A stretch of 56,927 nt of DNA from Deltaproteobacteria bacterium (GTDB lineage: Bacteria > DRYD01): the NCBI GenBank assembly GCA_028276365.1, contig JAPYWL010000005.1, positions 1 through 56,927 of the forward strand, in the 5' to 3' direction. Made by a program: the position numbers and the translations under genes. The notes beneath the pieces were generated by a model. That model did not search any database, was not told where the DNA came from, and saw nothing but the letters and a program-made list of their open reading frames with translations. Shown here piece by piece: positions 28,902 to 37,713 of the stretch; position 1 is the stretch's first letter; each line of letters opens with the position of its first letter.

Positions 28902-29004
28902 AAAATACATATAATTACATCATTAATTAATATCTTAATATCAAGTTCTAGCTTAATATCAATTCTAAAGGATTTTGTTTTTTTTAATCTAATTTTTAAA
29001 CTAA

Positions 29005-30195
29005 ATGAATAAATCCAATTTATTAAATTTATTAAAATATAAAATAGAAGCTTTTGCAAAATCAGATATTATAACGATCCTAAAAAATTCAATGCTTAAT
29101 ATTATCCCTATTATTATATCAGGTAGCTTCTTTTTATTGATTTTTAGTTTCTTTAATATTCCAATTTTTAAAAATTTCTATATCTTAACAATGGGTCTTA
29201 TTAGCATATTCTTAAGTGTATCAATAGGTTATAATTTTGCTTTACATTATAATAAAGATAAAATCATCTATTCTTTACTTAGTTTATCCTCTTTTTTAAT
29301 ATTAACTAATATAACTGAAATAGAAAAAAACAGATTTATATTAATAAAAGAATTATCAGCAGATAATATGTTTTTAAGCATAATAGTTAGCTTAGTTAGT
29401 TGCTACGTTTTTAGTTATGTTTATAAATTATCAGGTAATATCTTTAAAGCTAAGGAGATTCCTGATTACGTTAAAACTAGTTTAAACTCCATTTTCCCTT
29501 TCTTTTTTACCTTAATTATTATCATATTATTTTTTAATAAATTTAATTTAAAAGGAATTTTAATAGAGATATTAAAACCAATAGATAAATATGGGGATAC
29601 ATTAATAACGGTAGTTTTAGCTAATTTATTTTTACATATAATGAATTTCTTTGGAATTCATGGAATTTCTATTATAAATAGTATATTATTAGCCTTATGG
29701 CAAAAATATTTAGCACTAAATGCGCAAGCCTTTGCTAATCATGCTACCTTAGAATATATAACAGCATATCCATTCTTCCAATGGTTTATATGGATAGGAG
29801 GTGCAGGATCCACTTTAGGATTAAATATTTTATTATTATTTAATAAAAATGAATACTTAAAAAATATAGGGAAATCCTCTATAACTTTTTCTATATTTAA
29901 TATAAATGAGCCTTTATTATTTGGATTACCTATTATATTTAATCCCTATTTTTTAATTCCATTTATATTAGTTCCTATAGTTAATGGAATTATTTCGTAT
30001 TTAGCTTTTTATTTTAATTTAGTTAATAAAGTTTATATAGAAGTCCCCTGGATGCTACCCTTCTTTATTGGTTCTTACTTATCTACTAATGATTATAAAG
30101 CTATTATTCTTTCCTTGATAAATTTAGTTATCTCTATTGTAATATATTATCCGTTTTTAAAAGCTTACCAAAAACACCTACAAAATACCAAATAA
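29005..30195 (+). CDS. PTS sugar transporter subunit EIIC (lactose/cellobiose family)
   Basis: Polytopic membrane protein with FGIHG and NEPLLFGLPIIFNP motifs typical of Lac/Cel-family EIIC. No EIIA or EIIB genes nearby. Confidence 0.75.
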   Translation: MNKSNLLNLLKYKIEAFAKSDIITILKNSMLNIIPIIISGSFFLLIFSFFNIPIFKNFYILTMGLISIFLSVSIGYNFALHYNKDKIIYSLLSLSSFLILTNITEIEKNRFILIKELSADNMFLSIIVSLVSCYVFSYVYKLSGNIFKAKEIPDYVKTSLNSIFPFFFTLIIIILFFNKFNLKGILIEILKPIDKYGDTLITVVLANLFLHIMNFFGIHGISIINSILLALWQKYLALNAQAFANHATLEYITAYPFFQWFIWIGGAGSTLGLNILLLFNKNEYLKNIGKSSITFSIFNINEPLLFGLPIIFNPYFLIPFILVPIVNGIISYLAFYFNLVNKVYIEVPWMLPFFIGSYLSTNDYKAIILSLINLVISIVIYYPFLKAYQKHLQNTK

Positions 30196-30259
30196 AATCC
30201 TTAAACTATTTAAACATCATAGCCATAAAACATTTTTTAATATATTCACTTAAAAAAAA

Positions 30260-31345
30260 TTAATTTTCTTGGTTAAAGTATGTATGAGTAAATATATTAA
30301 TTAGTTTAACTTGATCTTGGATTAGAATATATCTTCTTTTTCTATCAGGAGGTATAAAAATAAAATTCCCATTTGGAGTTCTTATAGTAATATTAGGAGC
30401 ATTATATTTAGGATCCCTTTTATCACTTGCTATAACTATATAATAACTTAAAGATGAGACAAATTTATTAGGATGGATATATATTTGATTATTTAAATCT
30501 GGAAAAGTTGAAACCGAAAAAACATTATCTATAGAATTACTTGCTAAGTCCAAATACCTATATCCAATTTTAAAAGCTTTTATATTATTTAAAATTACCT
30601 TATTATCTATAACTAAGTTTCCATTACTTTCTCTTATAATAATAGCAGGAATTACACCACTACAAGATAAAGTACCTATTCTAGTATAATTAGAAAAAGC
30701 AGGAAAAGGTGAATTTATATTACCCTGTAAAATAATCCCTGAAACCGTAGATCCTACAACATTATTAATTATACCTACTGCTTTAACAATAGCAAAATCT
30801 TGCCAATTATTATTATTAGCTTTATAATAATCTATAAAAATAATTCCTTTATTTCTTTTAAAGCCATCAAAATTAAGTCCATAGGTTTGGCTTGCTGAAA
30901 TATCTCTTTCCATAACTCCACTTAAATCAAGATTAAACGTAATTCCACTTTGATTAACACTAGATAAACCAAAATATAATCCTCTAGAAATGACATTAAC
31001 ATTTGGATTAAAAGCAGTATAATCAGCTAAAAATAAAGTATCAAAATATGTATTATTATTATTACTATTATCTATAGTATTTCCATTAGTTCCTGTAGCT
31101 ACTACAGCTAAACTACAGCCTACAGGAAACCCATATCCCGCATTAGTTATAGCGGTGTTTATATTAGGTAATAATGCTTTTACACGATTATATACAGCAT
31201 TCAAATCCTCATTTTGATTATACATTTTATAAACTATATCAAAAATATAATAAGTTATTAAGATTAGCATTAAAGTTAAAGCTGAAGCTATTAAAGTTTC
31301 TACTAACGATAACCCTTTATACTTTTTTATTTTTTTTACTTTCAT
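30260..31345 (-). CDS. Prepilin-type N-terminal cleavage/methylation domain protein (PilW-like minor pilin/pseudopilin)
   Basis: N-terminus KKYKGLSLVETLIASALTLMLILI fits the G|(F/L)xxxE prepilin signature plus a hydrophobic helix. Confidence 0.65.
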   Translation of the reverse strand: MKVKKIKKYKGLSLVETLIASALTLMLILITYYIFDIVYKMYNQNEDLNAVYNRVKALLPNINTAITNAGYGFPVGCSLAVVATGTNGNTIDNSNNNNTYFDTLFLADYTAFNPNVNVISRGLYFGLSSVNQSGITFNLDLSGVMERDISASQTYGLNFDGFKRNKGIIFIDYYKANNNNWQDFAIVKAVGIINNVVGSTVSGIILQGNINSPFPAFSNYTRIGTLSCSGVIPAIIIRESNGNLVIDNKVILNNIKAFKIGYRYLDLASNSIDNVFSVSTFPDLNNQIYIHPNKFVSSLSYYIVIASDKRDPKYNAPNITIRTPNGNFIFIPPDRKRRYILIQDQVKLINIFTHTYFNQEN

Positions 31346-31425
31346 TTATTATCCCCCTTACTCACTTATTGACTCCCTATTAAATACAATTCATCTAACT
31401 AAATTAACATTCTAAATTGACATTA

Positions 31426-31848
31426 CTATCTAACATTTTCATATTTATACTTCATAACCCATAATCTTATATTGCTAATATTTTTTCCCTTATCATTATA
31501 CCTTGTATTAATTACTATTTCTTTTAAAATCACTTCATTAGATCGTCTTATATCAGTTATATTATAAATAATGGTTATATTTTGTATAACTTGGCTTTTA
31601 GAACCTGGACTTAATACAGGATCATTAAAACTTCTTGATAATAAGTTATTTAGAAAATCATTAGAGATAGTATAAGCTTTTATTCGCGCTTGAATAGATT
31701 GATTCAAATTAGAATAAATTAGCAAAAAATTTATTATAGCGAATATAGCTATAACAACTATTGTAAATGATAACAAAACCTCTATTAAAGTTAAACCCTT
31801 TTCTTTATTTTTTTTATGATATCCAAATTCTTTTGAAAATACGTTCAT
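31426..31848 (-). CDS. Prepilin-type minor pilin/pseudopilin (PilV/GspI-like)
   Basis: KEKGLTLIEVLLSFTIVVIAIFAI prepilin signature. 140 aa. Confidence 0.7.
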   Translation of the reverse strand: MNVFSKEFGYHKKNKEKGLTLIEVLLSFTIVVIAIFAIINFLLIYSNLNQSIQARIKAYTISNDFLNNLLSRSFNDPVLSPGSKSQVIQNITIIYNITDIRRSNEVILKEIVINTRYNDKGKNISNIRLWVMKYKYENVR

Positions 31849-31876
31849 TTCATTTTCCTCCCAAAATTTTTATTAT

Positions 31877-33523
31877 CTATCTTTGATTACTAATAAAAAT
31901 ATGCAAAACCTTAGGTAAAAAGTCAGCATTACTAAATGAAGCAGAAGTCATTAAAGAAGTATCATATTTAAATTGACTACTATTACCATTAACTTGAAGA
32001 TCACCGTCTATAGGATCACTTGTCCAAGCTGCACCATATAATGTAGGATTACCGTTGAAAACTAAGTCAGGAGCGCATAAAATAGCATTAACTACAGGAG
32101 TCCCACTAGAAGTAGCTGCTTGGGTACTGGCATATATCCTAAAAGCTCCTGGCTTAGATAACAAAGTATTATTATTAGTATTAGTAGTTCTTCCATCTGT
32201 ATCTACATTATTAACAGTTACATTACCACCTACAGAAAAACTGCCGTTTATATATAAATTAACTCCTGGTCTATTACCTAAAAACCTAAAATTAGTAACA
32301 TTATTACCTACAATATCAAAACTTGTTCTAAAATAAAAATCAGGATTCAAAACTGTTGTTGTTCCACTATTTCCTAAGTTCATATCAGATTTATTGGCTT
32401 GTATAAAAAGGGGTTGAGCATAAGAAGGAGCAGAAGCAGGATCTGTATAAATATTTCCAAAATAATCAAACTTAGCAGTTAATCCATAAGTATTTTGAAT
32501 ATAGTTATAAACAGCAAGGTAATCATTATAAGTACCTTCCCCAGATTTAGGTAACCTAACTTGAAAAACTAAACTATTATCCGTTTTACTAAAATCTCCT
32601 GATAAATAATAATTTCCTGGCTTTGTTAAGTAAATAGTACTACTATTATTAGAAGTATAAACTACGTTAGGCGAAAGTATTCTATTAACAGGCATGCTAA
32701 CTGCAGAATTACTACTATAAAAATCAGTAGGGAAAGGATCTACATAATCTCTTAAGTACTCAGGAGGTGGAGTATTAGAGATAATCTTATCGTTATTATT
32801 ATTAACCTTATTTCTTATAGTAGATGATAAGGAATTACTATATATAACAGCATCTGCAGAGCCACTACCTGTTATACTTTTAGCCCAAACCAAACTTAAA
32901 GCTTTATTTTTAATTATATTTAATAAATCTAAGTTTTTAGCTTGAACAGAATTATTTTGTTTATCAACATCCCAATTCAAAGTATTAAGTGAAACAACTT
33001 TTGGCATTATATTAGGATCATCTGTACCAAAAAATCCTGCATTATTATTTACTCCCACATTAATAGAATCAGTAGCAAAAAATAGGAAATCATTTAACCT
33101 CCATTCCCACACTTTAACAACAGATTTAAGAGAAACTATATTATTCCCCCTACTAACTGTTATACTAACATTCCTTAATCCCTTAACATTTCTATTAGGA
33201 ATTGGAGTAACCATAATAGATACATTTACATTATTCAAAGGAGAAAAGTTTTCACCAGTATAACTAGGGTTTAAATATAACTCAGCTAAGGTTTTATTAA
33301 AAGCACTCTTAGCAACATTAACTAATATATAATTTCTTTGAAAGCTTTGGGCCCCTAAATTACCATTATACCCTCTAAGTGCTAATAACAAAATCATAAA
33401 CAAAATAGTAAGAAAAATTAACACTATAATTAAAACAATAGCCTTCTGATATTTAATGTTTACACCTCTTACTTTTATCTCCTTTTTATTTATTTCCATA
33501 ATATTCCCCCTAACTTTAGACAT
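31877..33523 (-). CDS. Large PilX-N-like pilus-associated protein (hypothetical)
   Basis: Single N-terminal hydrophobic helix AIVLIIVLIFLTILFMILLLA followed by NKTLAELYLN, similar to PilX N-terminal domains. Asn/Ser/Thr-rich beta-rich remainder. First gene of a three-gene pilin operon. Confidence 0.45.
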   Translation of the reverse strand: MSKVRGNIMEINKKEIKVRGVNIKYQKAIVLIIVLIFLTILFMILLLALRGYNGNLGAQSFQRNYILVNVAKSAFNKTLAELYLNPSYTGENFSPLNNVNVSIMVTPIPNRNVKGLRNVSITVSRGNNIVSLKSVVKVWEWRLNDFLFFATDSINVGVNNNAGFFGTDDPNIMPKVVSLNTLNWDVDKQNNSVQAKNLDLLNIIKNKALSLVWAKSITGSGSADAVIYSNSLSSTIRNKVNNNNDKIISNTPPPEYLRDYVDPFPTDFYSSNSAVSMPVNRILSPNVVYTSNNSSTIYLTKPGNYYLSGDFSKTDNSLVFQVRLPKSGEGTYNDYLAVYNYIQNTYGLTAKFDYFGNIYTDPASAPSYAQPLFIQANKSDMNLGNSGTTTVLNPDFYFRTSFDIVGNNVTNFRFLGNRPGVNLYINGSFSVGGNVTVNNVDTDGRTTNTNNNTLLSKPGAFRIYASTQAATSSGTPVVNAILCAPDLVFNGNPTLYGAAWTSDPIDGDLQVNGNSSQFKYDTSLMTSASFSNADFLPKVLHIFISNQR

Positions 33524-33971
33524 TTTATTACTACCCTATATATAATTATAATTTTTTTTTTCAAAAAAACAAGCGTTTTAAATAGCTTTTATTGTAAAAT
33601 TTTTGTAAATTTTATTAACATAAATTTAAAATCTTACTTTTATATTAAAAACCCTAAAAAGAGTTTATTTTTTTTAGTTAATTTTTAAATTACAGCAAAT
33701 ATAATATACTAGTTTAACAAAAAGCCGCAAAAAGTATCGATTTTCTATAAAGTGGAGATGAATTGCTAAAAACTTAATAGATATTTGGAACAGAATAAAT
33801 ACTATAGAGCATAGAGAATTAGATAGTAATAAGCAGTCTGTTGTTTTATCACCTTTATTAAACTATAGGAATAGAAAATAAAAGAAAGGATTTCAATAGG
33901 ATTTTGACTTGTATTGTGTATGGGAGAGTTTATAAAAGGGATGAAAATATAAACTTATACTAAGTAAGGTT

Positions 33972-34086
33972 GGGTACGCTTTAAAACTAAGCCTTTAAAG
34001 CATGGTCTGATGGCTGGACCGTATTCCTTATACCTAAAAAGCTAAACTTATGTAAAGCTCACTTATCCCCTTAGGAGAATTAAAAG
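33972..34086 (-). repeat. Dispersed intergenic element, copy 2 (partner 6591..6682). On the plus strand it includes a degenerate CRISPR-repeat-like segment (34052-34086)
   Basis: See 6591..6682. The plus-strand sequence GTAAAGCTCACTTA[TCCCCT]TAGGAGAATTAAAAG matches the 11820-11848 repeat at about 22/29 positions if a 6-nt insertion is allowed. Confidence 0.5.
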
Positions 34087-34132
34087 CTAAAAATATAAAT
34101 TGAAATATAAAGATTAAGAAAAACAATAAAAA

Positions 34133-34531
34133 CTAATTAAAAAAAACAATAATAATAGAATTAGCAACAGTGATTTTTTTTTCATGAGAAATACTTACTT
34201 TAATTATAAAATCTTTTACTGATTTATTAAGCAAAATAGATAACTTATTTAAAACAGAATTACTATTAATAAAATGTATTTCGTTATTAGATATAGAAAT
34301 TAAATTAAAATTGACTTTAAATGAGATAGCTTTAGTAATAGCTTCTTTAGCAGCAAACCTACCTGCTAAAAACTCTACCTTCCTTCCATAATTAGATATT
34401 TCATTATATTTATTAATCTCATAATCACTTAAAATCCTTTTGATAAATTTCTGATTATAAATATGCTTAGAAATCCTGTTGTTATAGACTATATCTATTC
34501 CTGTATTGATAAAAATTTTATCATAAGACAT
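34133..34531 (-). CDS. acpS: Holo-[acyl-carrier-protein] synthase
   Basis: GIDIV near the N-terminus, FAAKEAITKA, and SISHEK near the C-terminus. Confidence 0.8.
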   Translation of the reverse strand: MSYDKIFINTGIDIVYNNRISKHIYNQKFIKRILSDYEINKYNEISNYGRKVEFLAGRFAAKEAITKAISFKVNFNLISISNNEIHFINSNSVLNKLSILLNKSVKDFIIKVSISHEKKITVANSIIIVFFN

Positions 34532-34611
34532 AATAAAAATTTAATAATTTAATAATAAAATAGGTTTAACTTAATTGTTTGTTATCTACTCATATATTGT
34601 TATTCTATTTA

Positions 34612-36240
34612 TTATTTATTTTCGTCTATCCAAGTTTTTTTAAGGATTTCAGCGATTTCATTGGGATTAGATTTAGCTATTTGTTCTACTTCAGTAACAA
34701 GTGTTTTAAATTCAGTATTTTCTGATACTGTCTCAGATTTATTACCTAATTTATCAGTAGTTAAATCAACAACGGTATTAGTAGCAACTTCTTTTTTTTG
34801 AGAATAATTAGGAGCTACATTAATAGCCATCCTATCATAACTAAGTTTATTTTGCTTAAATAAAAATATCCCCAGTATTCCCAACGCTCCTACAGTAAGC
34901 ACAGAAGCCAAAAATATAACTACTGATTGAATAGGGAAAGAATTATTTTTAACAGGTACAACAGGAGGAGCAGCTACTACAGGATTAGATAAAGGAGTAG
35001 AATTATTAGCGAAAAACGGTAAATTAACAACAGCTATACTATCTCCTCTCTCTTCTTTTAATCCAATAGCATTTTTGATATATTGCTGAACCTGAGCCTT
35101 AGTAGAATCAGAAACATTATTTAAAGCTACTGCTACACTTATTCTCTTAATAGAAGATCCCGGATTCTTTACCACTTCAGTAACTACCTGATCTACTTTC
35201 TGATTAACAATAGTTTGTTGTTGAATTTCACTAGCATTTTCTTTATTTTTATCTAAAGCTCCACCCTCATATTGCTTAGTTTTCTTAGTCTCTTGCTTAG
35301 ATAAAACTTTAGAAGAAGGATCATCTGGTAGTCCGTATTGTTCTCTGTATATCTTTATTTTATCCCAATCTAATTCCACATCAACAGTAACAGTATAATT
35401 CCCTACACCTAATATTTGATCTAACGATTGAGTTAATTTAGAAACATACATATTCTCTACTTTTTGTTTAATTCCAAAAGTATCTTCTACAGGATTAACA
35501 GCATTTGGATTTAATATTCTACCATTAACTACTAAGGATATATTATTAGTATCTAATCCTTCTACAGAGTTAGCAACGGTTTGAATAATAGCAGTTGCTT
35601 CTTCGTTAGATATAGATTTTCCTGGAAAAGTGCTTAAAATAATAGAAGCTTTAACAGGTTCCTTATTTTCAGAAAGAGGATCATTTTTAGGGATAGCTAA
35701 AGATATATTAACATTACTAATTTTATCAGGATAAAATTCCTTTATTTTAGTAGAAAGAGCATATTCAGTAGATTGTTTAATATAATTTTCCCAAGCTTCT
35801 TTAGTAGTACCCGGAGGAGGAGCCTTTAATTCAGGGGCTACATTAGGTTTTATAAACCCCTGCTTTATAACCTCAGTATAAACTCTATTATGATATTTAG
35901 GGTGAATATAAACTTGTCCTAATGCATCATCTATCTTATATTCTTTTATCCCATTGTTTTCTAAATAATTTTTTACATTAGCCAATTGAGCTTTATCTAA
36001 TTTACCACCAGGATAAAGAGGAATATATTCATTAGATTTAGAATATAAAAATATCGTAATCCCAATAGCAATGATCAAAATAACAACAACTGCAATAATA
36101 GCTTTTTGAGTGTTATTAAGGTTTTTTAAAGTTTCAAGAAACTGCGTAGGAGAAGCTGAAGCAGGAGCCCCAGCTTGAGTTAATCTGGTATTAGCAGCAG
36201 TAGGTCGTGTAGGTCTAGTAGAACCTGGTCTAACAGTCAC
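34612..36240 (-). CDS. fliF: Flagellar M-ring protein FliF (GTG start, Pro/Thr/Ala/Arg-rich N-terminal extension)
   Basis: N-terminal TM, then YIPLYPG.LD...A..V...L...GI.Y pattern. A second TM lies near residue 440 and there is an acidic C-terminus. The strong SD AAAGGGGGG sits 7 nt upstream of the GTG. Confidence 0.8.
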   Translation of the reverse strand: MTVRPGSTRPTRPTAANTRLTQAGAPASASPTQFLETLKNLNNTQKAIIAVVVILIIAIGITIFLYSKSNEYIPLYPGGKLDKAQLANVKNYLENNGIKEYKIDDALGQVYIHPKYHNRVYTEVIKQGFIKPNVAPELKAPPPGTTKEAWENYIKQSTEYALSTKIKEFYPDKISNVNISLAIPKNDPLSENKEPVKASIILSTFPGKSISNEEATAIIQTVANSVEGLDTNNISLVVNGRILNPNAVNPVEDTFGIKQKVENMYVSKLTQSLDQILGVGNYTVTVDVELDWDKIKIYREQYGLPDDPSSKVLSKQETKKTKQYEGGALDKNKENASEIQQQTIVNQKVDQVVTEVVKNPGSSIKRISVAVALNNVSDSTKAQVQQYIKNAIGLKEERGDSIAVVNLPFFANNSTPLSNPVVAAPPVVPVKNNSFPIQSVVIFLASVLTVGALGILGIFLFKQNKLSYDRMAINVAPNYSQKKEVATNTVVDLTTDKLGNKSETVSENTEFKTLVTEVEQIAKSNPNEIAEILKKTWIDENK

Positions 36241-36519
36241 TAATTATCCCCCCTTTAACTTATCCCTATTATATATTTTAAACAAAAATTAAAAAATCCC
36301 CTAAAATATAAAAAAAATTAACACTTTTTTTACATACTAATAAATGTGCTTACTATATTATTTTACAGCTTACAATAATTACGAATTCATCCACTATCCC
36401 CTCTTTAAAAACTTAACTTCAGAATCCCATTCCAACCCTAGATCCCTTTATTACCTGGGCTAAACATAACTACAGCCAAAATAATTTTTGTTAAAACAAT
36501 AATTATACAGTAATTGGTT

Positions 36520-37713
36520 TTATTCTTGAACAGTAGCTAAATCAGTTTTAATTTTACTTTCATCAAAAATCTCAGATAACCTAAAATTAAAATAACTAGA
36601 ATATTTATCCAATTCATTTAATACATATTCTTTAGCAAGAGAATCTATCTTATCCCTAATAGAAACATCTAAATTATAAATTTCATTTATTAAAAAAGCT
36701 TTAATACCTTTATTTTGAAAATAATCTTCTAAAACTTTTAAAGCTTTATTAGTAGAAACTAAAATAATAGCATAAGGCTTATAAGAGGAATAATATATAT
36801 CTAAAAAGAAAACATCGTGAATCTTAAAATCATCATCAAGAAAAGATATAACAATAGGTTTAGATAACTCATTATAAATTAAATTTTTACAAACTTCAAC
36901 TACATCCAAATATAACTCAGAAAATAAATTTTCTTTCAATTTTTTATAAACATATTCAGCAAAAACAATATTATTAGATAAAATATAATTAGTATTTTGA
37001 GTTAATGTTAAAACTTCTTCCATCCTTTCTTCTTTTATATTTTTTCCACAATGAAAACACTTAACACCTATATTTTGATTAAGTATATCAAGATTAGAAG
37101 CTTGAATAATTTGCCTTCCTGTTTCTTTACATATAAAAACATATTCGTTAGATAAAAATTTCTTAGATAATAAACTATTTAACTCTTCTTCATTAGCATT
37201 TATTAATTTAATTAAATCACTTTTAAATAATGAAGTTCCTACTTCTTTTATTTTCTTTAAAAGTAAATAAGTATCAGTATCTAAAAGAGAAACAAAACTC
37301 ATTACTTCCTCATTCATAGAGATCTCATTAACAGGATTAAAGAAACTAACTTTAGTTTTTAAAAGCTTAAACTCAAATTCAATATTTTTATTACTACAAA
37401 ACTTCTCAAAAACCTTTTTATAAGCTTCAAATATTTTCATTTCATCAGATTCATTATATATAAATAATAAATAAACTTTAGTTAATTTAGAGAAATCTAT
37501 TAACAAAGCTGTTTTTTCTTTAACAAAAATCTCTACATCTTGCATAAAAATCATGCCTTTTTCTTTATTTTCATTAGATAAAGAAAATAATTTATATAAA
37601 TTAACCTTAGTAGAATTAATAACAGGATTCCCTAATTTAGAAAAATAACTGATAATATCAGCTTTATAATTGAATTCTTGATTTAAAGTAAAAACAGCCT
37701 CTATATATTTCAT
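36520..37713 (-). CDS. Hypothetical 397-aa protein, directly abutting the aspS stop
   Basis: ORF only. It contains one CxxC (CFHCGKNI). The start at 37713 is immediately adjacent to the end of aspS (37714). Confidence 0.45.
   Translation of the reverse strand: MKYIEAVFTLNQEFNYKADIISYFSKLGNPVINSTKVNLYKLFSLSNENKEKGMIFMQDVEIFVKEKTALLIDFSKLTKVYLLFIYNESDEMKIFEAYKKVFEKFCSNKNIEFEFKLLKTKVSFFNPVNEISMNEEVMSFVSLLDTDTYLLLKKIKEVGTSLFKSDLIKLINANEEELNSLLSKKFLSNEYVFICKETGRQIIQASNLDILNQNIGVKCFHCGKNIKEERMEEVLTLTQNTNYILSNNIVFAEYVYKKLKENLFSELYLDVVEVCKNLIYNELSKPIVISFLDDDFKIHDVFFLDIYYSSYKPYAIILVSTNKALKVLEDYFQNKGIKAFLINEIYNLDVSIRDKIDSLAKEYVLNELDKYSSYFNFRLSEIFDESKIKTDLATVQE

Noticed and set aside
28945-29004. Possible third, rearranged copy of the module upstream of the PTS EIIC gene: GTTCTAGCTTAATATCAATTCTAAAGG followed by GGATTTTGTTTTTTTTTAATCTAATTTTT.
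   Set aside because: The order is reversed (repeat-like part before leader-like part). Similarity rests largely on T-runs and short words (GGATTTT, T8, CTAATT) that are expected by chance in AT-rich intergenic DNA. It is worth including in a computed search but is not supportable by eye.
33524-36519. c-di-GMP or other known riboswitch in the long leaders upstream of the pilin operon (33524-34132) and fliF (36241-36519).
   Set aside because: I could not find the conserved GEMM-I/II core sequences or any other riboswitch consensus I know on the sense (minus) strand. This is left as something an Rfam scan should decide.
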